DNA of 64,000 bases, taken from the NCBI RefSeq assembly GCF_030656345.1, contig NZ_JAUSNR010000014.1, positions 2,179 to 66,178 of the forward strand, in the 5' to 3' direction. Position numbers and translations under genes: made by a program. Below the pieces are notes generated by a model, which was not told the DNA's origin, did no database searches, and was given only the letters and a program-made list of their open reading frames with translations. Shown piece after piece: positions 1-9,618 of this stretch (positions within the stretch are counted from its first letter, which is position 1; each line of letters opens with the position of its first letter). The stretch comes from Pseudotabrizicola sp. Lineage in GTDB: Bacteria > Pseudomonadota > Alphaproteobacteria > Rhodobacterales > Rhodobacteraceae.

Positions 1-810
1 GAAGAGCTGAGCCTGACACAAAGTGCGGTCAGCCGTCAGATCAAGGATCTGGAGGCGCAGCTGGGCGTCGCGCTGTTTGAACGGGTGCGCCAGCGCGTTG
101 TGCTGTCCCATGCGGGTGCCCGGCTGCTGCCCGATGCGATGCGGGTGCTGTCTCAGGTCGAGATGCTGGCTCTGCGCGCGGCAGGGTCGCGCGACGTGAC
201 CGGGCATATCGCCATCGCCACCCTGCCGACCTTTGGCAGCCGCTGGCTGGTGCCGCGTCTGACGGATTTTCTGGCGCAACACCCCGGCTTGCAGGTCACA
301 GTCACCTGCCGCGCCAAGCCGTTTGATCTGAACGAGGCAGGGGTGAACGTCGCCATCCATTACGGCCAGCCGGTCTGGCCCGGTGCCAGCTGCGCCTATC
401 TGTGTGGTGAAACCGTGGTGCCGGTGGCAGCACCGCGGCTGGCCCGGCAGTATGCAGACTCGCTGCTGGCCGCGCCCTTGCTGCATATGGACTCGCGCCC
501 AATGCTCTGGGTCGAATGGCTGGCCGCAAACGGAGAGACCAAGGCCGACGGGCTGCGCGGGCACAGGTTTGATCAGTTCACCCTGCTGATCGAGGCGGCG
601 ATGGCCGGGCTGGGGGTGGCTTTGGTGCCGACCTATCTGGTGGAGCGCGAGCTGCGCGAAGCCTCGTTGCAGATCGTCCGCGATGCCCCGCTGCAGACCG
701 ACGCCGCCTATTACGTCGTGCTGCCGAATGACCGCGCCTCGGACCCGTCCTGCAGCGCGTTTCTGACGTGGATCACAAACTGCGTGACACCCGCCAGCCC
801 GCCAGACTGA
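1..810 (+). CDS. LysR family transcriptional regulator (GcvA-like), 5' end outside the window
   Basis: Frame open from base 1: EELSLTQSAVSRQIKDLEAQLGVALFER (LysR HTH), then TLPTFGSRWLVPRL and the substrate-binding domain. Confidence 0.9.
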   Translation, partial: EELSLTQSAVSRQIKDLEAQLGVALFERVRQRVVLSHAGARLLPDAMRVLSQVEMLALRAAGSRDVTGHIAIATLPTFGSRWLVPRLTDFLAQHPGLQVTVTCRAKPFDLNEAGVNVAIHYGQPVWPGASCAYLCGETVVPVAAPRLARQYADSLLAAPLLHMDSRPMLWVEWLAANGETKADGLRGHRFDQFTLLIEAAMAGLGVALVPTYLVERELREASLQIVRDAPLQTDAAYYVVLPNDRASDPSCSAFLTWITNCVTPASPPD

Positions 811-835
811 AACGCGACGGGCGGGCTTGCGGGTG

Positions 836-903
836 ATGTTCAACGGAGTTGCCAGTTGTTGAACATGCCGTTATGTTCAACAAACCAACCCTTTGTTGAG
901 CAG
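836..903. promoter_or_regulatory. Tandem inverted repeats, probable operator
   Basis: ATGTTCAAC-N13-GTTGAACAT (836-866) and ATGTTCAAC-N13-GTTGAGCAG (873-903), 37 bp apart; the inner arms also form TTGTTGAACAT-N6-ATGTTCAACAA (856-883). Confidence 0.7.
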
Positions 904-908
904 AACTC

Positions 909-1916
909 ATGAACCGCCATTCCGCCCTTGCCCATGCCGCCTATCACGACCTGTTGCGGCTGTTGCTGGATGACCGTGTGTCGGATCTGCGCGGCACGCC
1001 CGGCCGGGTAGAGCGCGGGGCGCGGGCCTATTGGTATGACAGCTACCGCGTCGGCAGCGAGGTGCGCAAAACCTATATTGGTGAAGACAGCGAGGCGCTG
1101 CGCGCCCGGATCGATCGGCATCAGCAGCTGCGCGCCGAAGCGCAAGCCCGCGCCACCGAACGGGCGCGGCTGGTGCGGATTCTTCGGGCGGAACGGTTCA
1201 TGAGTCTGGACCCCACCACCGCCAGCCTGATCGCAGCCTTTGCACAGGCGGGGGTGTTCCGGCTGGGCGGCACCATCGTCGGCACCCATGCCTTCCGGCT
1301 GTACGAGGGCGAGCTGGGCCTGGCCTATGCGCTGGATGCCGCAGCGCAGACCGGCGACCTGGATATCGCCAGCTTTGAAAGGCTGTCGCTGGCACTGGAT
1401 GACCGGACGGAACCGCCGCTGCAACAGGTCCTGCGCGATTTTGCCTTTGACCCGGTGCCCGCTTTGGACAACGCCCCCGCCTGGCGCTGGCGGCAGACGC
1501 GCGGTCAGGCGCTGGTCGAATTCCTGACCCCGGCCTTTGGCGATGAAGGCATCCGCCCCTTGGCCGCGCTGGGGGTGACGGCGCAGGCGCTGCATCATCT
1601 GAACTATCTGATCGCCGAGCCGGTTCATGCGGCACTGGTCTACCGTTCCGGTGTTCTGGTGCAGATCCCCCGCCCCGAGCGCTTTGCTATTCACAAGCTG
1701 ATCGTGGCAGAACGCCGCGCCGGGCGCGACCGGATCAAGGCGCAGAAAGACCGGGCACAGGCTGCCCTGCTGATCGAAGCCTTGGCCCAGGACCGGCCCG
1801 ATGATCTGGCTCTGGCCTATCGTGAGGCGCTGGCGCAGGGGCCAAAGTGGCGCGAGCGTCTGGCGGCGGCAGTGGAGAAATTGCCGGCACCGCTGCGCGC
1901 CGCCTTGCCCGGCTGA
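909..1916 (+). CDS. GSU2403-like nucleotidyltransferase-fold protein
   Basis: 335 aa; IVGTHAF...TGDLDIA (G..A / DxD NTase motif), VEFLTP, PERFAIHKLIVAERR, KDRAQA. Confidence 0.75.
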   Translation: MNRHSALAHAAYHDLLRLLLDDRVSDLRGTPGRVERGARAYWYDSYRVGSEVRKTYIGEDSEALRARIDRHQQLRAEAQARATERARLVRILRAERFMSLDPTTASLIAAFAQAGVFRLGGTIVGTHAFRLYEGELGLAYALDAAAQTGDLDIASFERLSLALDDRTEPPLQQVLRDFAFDPVPALDNAPAWRWRQTRGQALVEFLTPAFGDEGIRPLAALGVTAQALHHLNYLIAEPVHAALVYRSGVLVQIPRPERFAIHKLIVAERRAGRDRIKAQKDRAQAALLIEALAQDRPDDLALAYREALAQGPKWRERLAAAVEKLPAPLRAALPG

Positions 1917-1929
1917 CAGGCGACCGCTC

Positions 1930-2673
1930 TTAGCTTGGTCTGGCGGTCAGCAGGGTCGGGATGCTGAGCCCCAGAAGGATCAGCGCCAGTGGCATAGAGA
2001 AGAAAAAGCCGATGTGACTGTATCCCACCGCCCCGATGATCCCACCGATCAGAAAGGAAAACACCAGCTGCAACAGGATACCCAACTTGGCAAAATCAGG
2101 TCGCACGCCGCTTTGCGGGCGGAGGGTGGCAAAGAAGATCCGGCCAAGCTCGATCCCGATATCGGTGATCATGCCGGTCGCATGCGTTGTTCTGATCCTG
2201 GCGCTGGAGATCTTGGTGATTGTGGCGTTCTGCATGCCCATGATGAAGCACAGGCAGGTCAGCGAAAACAGCCGCCCGGGTTCCGTGGTGAAGATGCCGC
2301 CCCAGGAAAAGCACAGCATGAACGCGCCCTGAACCGCCATCGGCAAGGCATATTGCCGGTGCATCGCGGTCTGTCGCGCCCAGTTGATAAGCACCGTGCT
2401 GAAGCCCGCACCCGCAATGAAGGCTGACATCGCCAGCACGCTGACGAAGGCGATCCTGAACTGTGCGATCACGAGGGTATCAGCCAGTTGCGACAGATAG
2501 CCGGTCATATGCGAGGTGTACTGGCCAAGCGCAAAAAAGCCGCCCGCGTTGGCGGCACCCGCGATGGCAGCAAGCAGCGTTGCAAGCAACAGATCACTTG
2601 CCGTCGACCGCCGATGCGCCACAAGGGCACGCGCAGACTGCAAAGGGCGCAGAAACCGGCGGCGGGATGTCAA
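1930..2673 (-). CDS. YoaK/DUF1275 family membrane protein
   Basis: AGAANAGGF, YTSHMTG, MGMQNA, RTTHATG motifs; hydrophobic helices. Confidence 0.85.
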   Translation of the reverse strand: MTSRRRFLRPLQSARALVAHRRSTASDLLLATLLAAIAGAANAGGFFALGQYTSHMTGYLSQLADTLVIAQFRIAFVSVLAMSAFIAGAGFSTVLINWARQTAMHRQYALPMAVQGAFMLCFSWGGIFTTEPGRLFSLTCLCFIMGMQNATITKISSARIRTTHATGMITDIGIELGRIFFATLRPQSGVRPDFAKLGILLQLVFSFLIGGIIGAVGYSHIGFFFSMPLALILLGLSIPTLLTARPS

Positions 2674-3001
2674 AGGTGCACCTCCCGGCTGAACCTATGG
2701 CCCTGATCGCCCCGGATATCTGCTGATATCATGGGCCAAGCTGCCCGATATTGTAGCTCGGCGCGACCAACGGTTCGGGCAGGTCGCCAAGGGCATTCAG
2801 GTAAACACCCAGCATCACTGTAAAAAGAATACAGGCTGCAACGGATCTGGGTGACATGTCCAAGGTATCCATTCTGCGGTGTCCAGTCAGAAAAGCGGGG
2901 GGCAGCTGTGCGTTGGGCGAAGAAGAAGATCACAGCTCGGAATGCTGCGGTGCCGCTGGAAAGCACCGGGGCGAAAGCCGGGGAGTGGTGTGCGCGCAGG
3001 C

Positions 3002-3268
3002 CTAAGATGTTCCGGGCGGCAAGGGTGCCTTGAGCCGCACGCCGCGTCCGGTTGAGCTGCTGGCGGCATTTTCAGCAATCAGCTCGACTCCGGCACGGTC
3101 AAGGGCGTCCATGATGCGCGTCAGACTTTCCACCACACCCCTGACGTTGCCTTTGCTGGTTTCCATGCGCTGAATCGTCGGCACGGATACGCCGGAAAGT
3201 TCGGCCAGACCTTTCTGGTCCATGCCCAGAAGGGCCCGCGCCGCCCGCATCTGAGGTCCTGTGATCAT
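3002..3268 (-). CDS. XRE family HTH transcriptional regulator
   Basis: QMRAARALLGMDQKGLAELSGVSVPTIQRME. Confidence 0.85.
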   Translation of the reverse strand: MITGPQMRAARALLGMDQKGLAELSGVSVPTIQRMETSKGNVRGVVESLTRIMDALDRAGVELIAENAASSSTGRGVRLKAPLPPGTS

Positions 3269-3475
3269 GGTGCATACTCCCGCCGTTTATCTTTCCTTAG
3301 CATGTAGAATTAATGGTTAAAAGGTGTTTGTGATATCTGAAACATCACAGATGCATGACTGGTGATGATCTCACTCACGCAATCTCTTGCGGTAGCAGTG
3401 GCCGCTTGCCCGGAACGCGCATTGGCTGGTGCGACGGGTTGGCCTCCGGTGCTGATGGCTGCCTGCAATGGGCGT

Positions 3476-5230
3476 TCAGCCCGTCGCAGCGTCATCCTGG
3501 TGTTGCATGCCGGTCAGGGTCGTGACCGCCTCAAACTGCGACAGGAAGATCCGCCCCTTGAAATGCTCCATGAAATCGGACCGTTTCAGGGCGTCCGTCA
3601 CCGGACCCTTCACCTCGGACAGATGAAAGCCGATCCCGGCAGAGGCAAGGCGGTGCGCGATGGCCTCAAGGCTTTCCAGCGCACTGGCGTCGATGGTGTT
3701 GACGGCCGGGCACATCAGGACCACATGCCGAAGCTCTGGCTGGTCGGCGATGCGGTCATAGATCGCGTCTTCAAGCGCGCGGGCATTGGCGAAGTACAGG
3801 CTTTCATCCACCCGGATCGACAGGATGCGCGGGTCGGTGATCACGTCATGGCGGTCGATGTTGCGGAAATGCTCGGTGCCCGGAACCTGACCCACGATCG
3901 CCATATGCGGGCGCGATGTGCGCCACAAAAACAGCGCCAGCGACAGCGAGACTCCGGCCGTGATCCCCGCTTCGACCCCCACCAGCAGCACCGTCAGAAT
4001 GGTCACGGCCATCGCCGCGAAGTCAGCCTTGGAATAGGCCCATGTGCGCCGGATGGCGGCGAAATCCACCAGCGACAGGACCGCCACGATGATCGTTGCT
4101 GCCAGCACAGCCTGCGGCAGGAACCGGAACAGGGGGGTCAGGCACAGGGTTGCGGCAAGGATGCCCATGGCGGTAAAGACGCCCGCCAACGGCGTTTCCG
4201 CTCCGGCGTCAAAGTTGACCACCGACCGCGCAAAGCCGCCGGTCACCGGATAGCCGCCTGACAGGGCGGATGCGATGTTGGATGCACCAAGGGCGGTCAG
4301 CTCCTGATTGGGGACGATGCGTTGGCGCCGTTTGGCGGCCAGCGTCTGCGCCACCGACACGGATTCCACAAAGCCGACAAGGCTGATCAGCACCGCTGGC
4401 AAAAGCAGTTGCTGCCACAGGCCCGGATCGAATGACGGCAGCGCAAAGGGTGGCAGACCGGCGGAAATTTCGCCCACGATCCTGACGCCCTTATCCACCA
4501 GCCCAAAGCCAATCACGGCGAGGATCGACACTACGATGGCGGCAACCGGGCCGGCCTTGGCGATCAGATCCGCCATTCGTGCAGGCAGACCCCACGCCAG
4601 CAACAGCGGTTTGAGGTGCTTGCGCGTCCAGAACAGGAAGGCGGTCGCGGCAACGCCGATGGCGAGGGTAAACGGGTTCAGCCCGCCAATACCGGCATAG
4701 ATCCCGCCCAGAAGGTGCGGCAGCGTGTCGCCGTCGGCGCTGATCCCCAGAATATGCTTCAGCTGGCTGGTTGCAATCAGGATGCCCGATGCGGTGATGA
4801 AACCCGAGATCACCGGATGCGACAGGAAATTGGCCAGAAAGCCCAAGCGCAGAACCGACATCACGACAAGCACGATGCCGGACAGAAACGCCAGCGTGAT
4901 CGCCGCTGTGATGTACTCTGCGCTGCCCGGGGCCGCCACTTGCCCCACCGCCGCCGCCGTCATCAGCGACACCACCGCCACCGGTCCGACCGCCAGCGCC
5001 CGGCTGGTGCCAAAAACCGCATAGGCGATCAGCGGCAAAATGGAGGCGTAAAGCCCGACCTGCGGCGGCAGTCCCGCAAGCATGGCATAGGCCAGACTTT
5101 GTGGCACCAACATGATGGTCACGATCACCGCCGCAACCAGATCGCTTTGCGCATCGGTTTTTGTATAGGCGGGGGCCCAGCCCAGAATCGGCAATAAGGA
5201 AGTGATGCGTTTCAACGGCCTGGCCTTCAT
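3476..5230 (-). CDS. SulP family anion permease with STAS domain
   Basis: PQSLAYAMLAGLP, GGFARS, C-terminal RVDESLYFANA/IDASALESL STAS domain. Confidence 0.95.
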   Translation of the reverse strand: MKARPLKRITSLLPILGWAPAYTKTDAQSDLVAAVIVTIMLVPQSLAYAMLAGLPPQVGLYASILPLIAYAVFGTSRALAVGPVAVVSLMTAAAVGQVAAPGSAEYITAAITLAFLSGIVLVVMSVLRLGFLANFLSHPVISGFITASGILIATSQLKHILGISADGDTLPHLLGGIYAGIGGLNPFTLAIGVAATAFLFWTRKHLKPLLLAWGLPARMADLIAKAGPVAAIVVSILAVIGFGLVDKGVRIVGEISAGLPPFALPSFDPGLWQQLLLPAVLISLVGFVESVSVAQTLAAKRRQRIVPNQELTALGASNIASALSGGYPVTGGFARSVVNFDAGAETPLAGVFTAMGILAATLCLTPLFRFLPQAVLAATIIVAVLSLVDFAAIRRTWAYSKADFAAMAVTILTVLLVGVEAGITAGVSLSLALFLWRTSRPHMAIVGQVPGTEHFRNIDRHDVITDPRILSIRVDESLYFANARALEDAIYDRIADQPELRHVVLMCPAVNTIDASALESLEAIAHRLASAGIGFHLSEVKGPVTDALKRSDFMEHFKGRIFLSQFEAVTTLTGMQHQDDAATG

Positions 5231-5383
5231 GTCACTCGGCGATTGCGGGCGCGGATCTGACTGGCGACACCCGTCTTGCAGCGCCTTTCAAAAGGCGCTG
5301 CAAAGATCACATCCGCACAGAGCAGCGGGGCAGGGGACCTGAGATCATTGCAGGCAGGCCGCCGCTCAACCTCGGCCTTCTGA

Positions 5384-5608
5384 TTATTTCTTCGGGATCT
5401 GGCAGGTATTGATGCCAAGCAAGGTATAGGCAGGGCAGAAGCGGAACAGGGCAGTTCCGATCATCACGGCACCCACGGCGGCCAAGACAAACTTCCAAGC
5501 CCCCCAGGCCGCAGACACCCCGGCGAGCCCCGGCAGGAATGGCGCTGCCAGCAGAACCGTACCCAGAATCAAGCGCAGCAACCGATCAAGAGATCCAACG
5601 TTTGTCAT
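5384..5608 (-). CDS. DUF2892/YgaP-like small membrane protein
   Basis: NVGSLDRLLR...FCPAYTLLGINTC. Confidence 0.85.
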   Translation of the reverse strand: MTNVGSLDRLLRLILGTVLLAAPFLPGLAGVSAAWGAWKFVLAAVGAVMIGTALFRFCPAYTLLGINTCQIPKK

Positions 5609-5644
5609 ATTTCGCCTCATTTACAGAAAAGCTATATTGCCTAA

Positions 5645-5658
5645 TACTTTCGAAAGTA
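5645..5658. promoter_or_regulatory. Perfect 14-bp palindrome in divergent promoter region, candidate ArsR operator
   Basis: TACTTTCGAAAGTA between the DUF2892 gene and the ArsR gene. Confidence 0.5.
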
Positions 5659-5672
5659 CTAAATTGTCAATC

Positions 5673-5996
5673 ATGAATATGAATGTATCAGATGCGGCGA
5701 TAAGCACCCTTGAAGCCAAAGCCGAAGAGGTGGCGGAAATTCTGGCCGCAATGGCAAACCCCAAGCGATTGTTGGTGCTGTGTTCGCTGTTGGCAGGCGA
5801 AAAGTCGGCGGGGGAACTGGCAGAGATCGTTCAGCTGACTCCCGCCGCTTTGTCACAGCATCTTGGCAAAATGCGGGCGCTGCGGCTTGTCGCCACGCGC
5901 CGTGATGGACAGATGATCAATTACAATCTGGCCAGCGCCGAGGTGCGGGCCGTGCTTGAAACGCTATATCGTGTGTATTGCGCCACAGACTGCTGA
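5673..5996 (+). CDS. ArsR family repressor, BigR/SqrR-like persulfide sensor
   Basis: MANPKRLLVLC...ALSQHLGKMR...YRVYC; the two Cys sit where BigR/SqrR sensing cysteines do; divergent from DUF2892-SulP. Confidence 0.8.
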   Translation: MNMNVSDAAISTLEAKAEEVAEILAAMANPKRLLVLCSLLAGEKSAGELAEIVQLTPAALSQHLGKMRALRLVATRRDGQMINYNLASAEVRAVLETLYRVYCATDC

Positions 5997-6154
5997 GGTG
6001 TGTGACGTCTCACTGCCATGCACCCAGCCTGGCAGACAGCCATTGATCCCCGGTCACTGCCACCCGGCCAATATTGCTTGGAGGCGGTGACGCAAGGATC
6101 TGCCGCTGAAGCCCCGATATCGGCTGCAATGCCTCTTGCGCGTTTGGATTACCC

Positions 6155-6178
6155 ATATATAAATAAGTATTGATATAT
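6155..6178. promoter_or_regulatory. SmtB/CzrA-type inverted-repeat operator
   Basis: ATATATAAATA-AG-TATTGATATAT (11-2-11, one mismatch) just upstream of the CDF gene. Confidence 0.65.
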
Positions 6179-6196
6179 TGGTTTAAAGGAAAGCGC

Positions 6197-7165
6197 ATGC
6201 CGCACGCTCATAATGGCCACGATCATTCCCACACACCTACAGTCACCAATGCCAATGAACGCAAAGTGCTGCTGTCCTTCTTCCTGATCTCCGGCTTCAT
6301 GGTGGTAGAGGTGGTGGGGGGTCTCCTGTCCGGCTCGCTCGCCCTGCTGGCGGATGCGGGGCATATGCTGACAGATTCTGCGGCGCTTGCGCTGGCCTAT
6401 GCCGCCTTTCGTGCCGGTCGGCGCGTCGCGGACAGCAGGCGCACCTTTGGCTATCTGCGGCTTGGGGTGATTGCGGCCTTTGTCAATGCGCTGACCTTGT
6501 TCGGCATTGTGGGCTGGATTTTTTATGAGGCTGTTCAGCGGCTTCGCCAGCCGGGCGAGGTTCTTGCGGGCCCGATGATGATGGTTGCAGTCGCAGGGCT
6601 GCTGATCAACATCCTTGTTCTCTGGATCATGACGCGGGGCGAGACGAGGGATGTGAACATCAGGGGCGCCATCCTGCATGTGATGGGCGATCTGCTGGGA
6701 TCTGTCGGCGCAATTGTCGCTGCGATCAGCATTTCCATCACGGGCTGGACGCCGATCGACCCGATCCTGTCGGTTGTCGTGGCGGCGCTGATCCTGCGCG
6801 CGGCCTGGCCGCTGATGGCAGAGTCGGTTCACATCCTGCTGGAAGGGGCTCCGGACCATGCAGCCCCGGACGAGATCGAACAGGCGCTGCTTGCGGCGGT
6901 GCCGGATCTGGCGGCTGTTGGTCATATCCACCTGTGGCAGATTACCTCTGACCGGGCGATGGCCACGCTGACCGTGCGCCCGGCTGACGATAGCAAGGCA
7001 AAATCTGTGTCGCGCAAGGTTGCGGATTTTCTGAAATCAGAGTTCGGGATCGACCATTCAACCGTTGCGATTGACTGGAATGATGGCATCAGGGATCGTT
7101 GCAGCCTGAACCCCGCCTTGGCTGTTCACCACCACGGGCACCCCCACACAGGACATGCGCATTGA
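6197..7165 (+). CDS. Cation diffusion facilitator (CzcD/ZitB-like Zn/Co/Cd exporter)
   Basis: SLALLADAGHMLTD, HVMGDLLGS; His-rich N- and C-termini. Confidence 0.93.
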   Translation: MPHAHNGHDHSHTPTVTNANERKVLLSFFLISGFMVVEVVGGLLSGSLALLADAGHMLTDSAALALAYAAFRAGRRVADSRRTFGYLRLGVIAAFVNALTLFGIVGWIFYEAVQRLRQPGEVLAGPMMMVAVAGLLINILVLWIMTRGETRDVNIRGAILHVMGDLLGSVGAIVAAISISITGWTPIDPILSVVVAALILRAAWPLMAESVHILLEGAPDHAAPDEIEQALLAAVPDLAAVGHIHLWQITSDRAMATLTVRPADDSKAKSVSRKVADFLKSEFGIDHSTVAIDWNDGIRDRCSLNPALAVHHHGHPHTGHAH

Positions 7166-7473
7166 CCGTCACCGTCCCGCCCCTGACCCCGACCCAGCTG
7201 GCGCTTGTCGCGGAGGCATTCAAACTTTTGGGCGATCCGACACGGTTGCGGATCGTGATGCACTGCCTGAACGGCCCGAAATCGGTTGGCGACATTGCCG
7301 GCGCTCTGGAGCTGTCGCAGACGCTGGTCAGTCATCATCTGCGCCTGCTGCGAACGGCGCGCCTGCTGCGTGCCGAGCGTCAGTCACGGCACATTTTCTA
7401 TCACATTTCGGATCACCACATCAGCCACATGATCATGGATCTGGCCGAACACGTGATCGAGGAAGACAGCTGA
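7162..7473 (+). CDS. ArsR/SmtB metal-sensing repressor (alpha5 type)
   Basis: FKLLGDPTRLRI, SQTLVSHHLRLLR, alpha5 site DHH...EHVIEE; TTG start overlaps the CDF stop. Confidence 0.85.
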   Translation: MTVTVPPLTPTQLALVAEAFKLLGDPTRLRIVMHCLNGPKSVGDIAGALELSQTLVSHHLRLLRTARLLRAERQSRHIFYHISDHHISHMIMDLAEHVIEEDS

Positions 7474-7650
7474 CCGTTGGCCCGGGCACGACTCCTGCGG
7501 CGCTCAGCCCGGCATTTGCGTGACGAATTTCCCCACGGCTTTACCGAGGATGAATCTGGGACATCGCCGCCATTGCGGCATTTCAAAACGGCTGGCAAAT
7601 GGTACCAATGTGCGGCCGGATGACGAATTTTAAGCATTGGAGCGCTGATC

Positions 7651-8046
7651 ATGGCCAAGGGATACAAGCAGATGCTGGCCGAAGCAGATGCTGTGGTGCA
7701 ATCGGTAGAGTGCGGCCCCATGGCAGACCGGCTGGACGATGACAGCATCGTCTTTGTCGACATCCGCGACCCGCGGGAACTCGAACGCGAAGGCATGATC
7801 CCGGGTGCCTTTCATGCGCCGCGCGGCATGCTCGAATTCTGGATTGACCCCGAAAGCCCTTATCACAAACTCCGTTTTGCAGAGCCGAAGACCTTTGTCT
7901 TCTATTGTGCCTCTGGCTGGCGGTCGCTGCTGGCAGCGCGTCTTGCGCAGGAGATGGGGCTGGAGTCGCGATCTCTGCGCGGTGGCTTCGCTGAGTGGAA
8001 GACATCGGGCAAGCCGGTGAACACGCGTGAAAAGCACAACGGTTGA
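7651..8046 (+). CDS. Rhodanese-like domain protein
   Basis: VDIRDPREL...IPGAFHAPRGMLEFW...FYCASGWRS. Confidence 0.9.
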   Translation: MAKGYKQMLAEADAVVQSVECGPMADRLDDDSIVFVDIRDPRELEREGMIPGAFHAPRGMLEFWIDPESPYHKLRFAEPKTFVFYCASGWRSLLAARLAQEMGLESRSLRGGFAEWKTSGKPVNTREKHNG

Positions 8047-8242
8047 CCAACCGCAACACGACGCCGCGCGCCTTGGCGCATTCTGGCGTGCCGATGGCCA
8101 ATGGCGCGGTGCTCCGTTCGCTCAGCACACGGTCCGCTGCCGGAACCACTGCTTGCGCGCACAGCATTATGACTTGACGCGCACTGTCCCGGCCTACACC
8201 CTGATTTCCTGCAATGTGCAGACCCGAGGGGGGAGGAAAGAT

Positions 8243-8527
8243 ATGTGTCGTATCTATGCTGAACAGCAGCCGCTCCGCTATGCTCTGACCACCCGCCGCC
8301 TGCGGCTGAACGGGCAGAGCACGTCGATCCGGCTGGAAAACTCTTTCTGGCAGATTCTGGATGAAATCGCTGCAAGTGAAGGCATGACGACGCCGGCCTT
8401 CACCTCCAAACTGCATTCTGAGGTTTTGGAACTGCATGGCGAGTCGGCAAATTTCTCATCTGTGTTGCGCTGCACCTGCCTGATCTACACCGAACGTCTG
8501 GCCCCTGTTTCCATCGCTGCCGAGTAA
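8243..8527 (+). CDS. Ribbon-helix-helix (RHH_4-type) DNA-binding protein
   Basis: RRLRLNGQSTSIRLENSFWQILDEIA...NFSSVLRCTCL; GGAGG RBS before ATG 8243. Confidence 0.8.
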   Translation: MCRIYAEQQPLRYALTTRRLRLNGQSTSIRLENSFWQILDEIAASEGMTTPAFTSKLHSEVLELHGESANFSSVLRCTCLIYTERLAPVSIAAE

Positions 8528-8550
8528 CCAACGGCGGACAATTTTCGTCC

Positions 8551-8568
8551 GTAGTAATCGGTTACTAC
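8551..8568. promoter_or_regulatory. Inverted repeat, candidate RHH operator
   Basis: GTAGTAA-TCGG-TTACTAC upstream of the VOC gene. Confidence 0.55.
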
Positions 8569-8626
8569 CCAAACAAACCGGAACCGTCGCAAACTTCCTT
8601 TCAGACCGGAAAGTTTGGGAGGGCTG

Positions 8627-9022
8627 ATGGCCAAAGCGATACATTCGATGATCCGCGTGCTGGAAGAGGCGCGCTCTGTCAAATTTTATGAAACCGCCTT
8701 CGGCCTGCGGGTGGCGGACAGGCTGGATTTTGACAGCTTCACCCTGATCTACATGTCAAACTCTGAGGCCGGTTTCGAGCTGGAACTGACGGTCAACAAA
8801 GGGCGGACCGAGGCCTATGATATCGGGGATGGCTATGGTCATCTTGCGTTTTCCGTCGACGACGCAGACGCCGAGCATGCCCGGCTGACTAGCGCCGGAC
8901 TTGCCCCGCGCAAGCTCGTCGATTTTGCCCCGGCGGGCGCGGTCATCGCGCGGTTTTTCTTCATTGCCGACCCCGACGGATATCAGATCGAGGTTCTGCA
9001 GCGTGGCGGTCGCTACATGTGA
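8627..9022 (+). CDS. VOC family protein (glyoxalase I-like)
   Basis: HSMIRV, ELELTVN, YGHLAFSV, DPDGYQIEV metal-ligand motifs. Confidence 0.88.
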   Translation: MAKAIHSMIRVLEEARSVKFYETAFGLRVADRLDFDSFTLIYMSNSEAGFELELTVNKGRTEAYDIGDGYGHLAFSVDDADAEHARLTSAGLAPRKLVDFAPAGAVIARFFFIADPDGYQIEVLQRGGRYM

Positions 9023-9082
9023 CTGCAACACCGCTTCTGGGAGGGGGCGGTTACCCAAGGCTAAACCCAGGGAGGGGAAGTT

Positions 9083-9604
9083 ATGACACAACAGGAAAAG
9101 CGGCACCTGAGCCGTCGCCAGCTTCTGTCGCGCGCCATCGCGGCGGGGGCGACATTCATGGTCGGAGCGGGATTTGTCACAACGCCGGATGCCGCATGGG
9201 CAACCGAGGTGACGGAGCTGAAACCCGAAACCATGGCGACCCTCGTGCAGATGGCACGCGACATCTATCCGCATGACCATGTGCCGACCGAATTCTACGT
9301 GATCGCTGTAAAGGGCTATGACACCGCCGAAACCGCCGCCGATATCGAAGCAGGCATCGCGGCGTTGAACGGGGTGGCCCAAGGCAAGGGCCACGACAGT
9401 TACCTTGCCATCGGATGGGAACGCGACCGTGTCGATGTGCTGCGCGCGATGGAGCAAAGCGCATTCTTTCAGCGCATCCGGGGGGGTCTGGTGACCGGTC
9501 TTTATAACCAGAAAGCCGTCTGGCCGCTGTTTGGCTATGAGGGCGAGTCGTTCAGCCAGGGCGGCTATGTCGACCGTGGCTTTGACGACATCAACTGGTT
9601 GTAA
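9083..9604 (+). CDS. Tat-exported small subunit of a flavin dehydrogenase (gluconate 2-dehydrogenase subunit 3-like)
   Basis: SRRQLL twin-arginine signal; C-terminal VWPLFGYEG; directly upstream of the GMC gene. Confidence 0.75.
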   Translation: MTQQEKRHLSRRQLLSRAIAAGATFMVGAGFVTTPDAAWATEVTELKPETMATLVQMARDIYPHDHVPTEFYVIAVKGYDTAETAADIEAGIAALNGVAQGKGHDSYLAIGWERDRVDVLRAMEQSAFFQRIRGGLVTGLYNQKAVWPLFGYEGESFSQGGYVDRGFDDINWL

Positions 9605-9618
9605 GGGAGGACAGGACC

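Noticed and set aside
836-903. CRISPR array or iteron interpretation of the 37-bp repeat
   Set aside because: Only two units, no spacer pattern, and no cas or rep gene nearby.
3331-3347. TGAT-N9-ATCA upstream of the XRE gene
   Set aside because: A short, imperfect single copy; could be an operator but is not distinguishable from chance.
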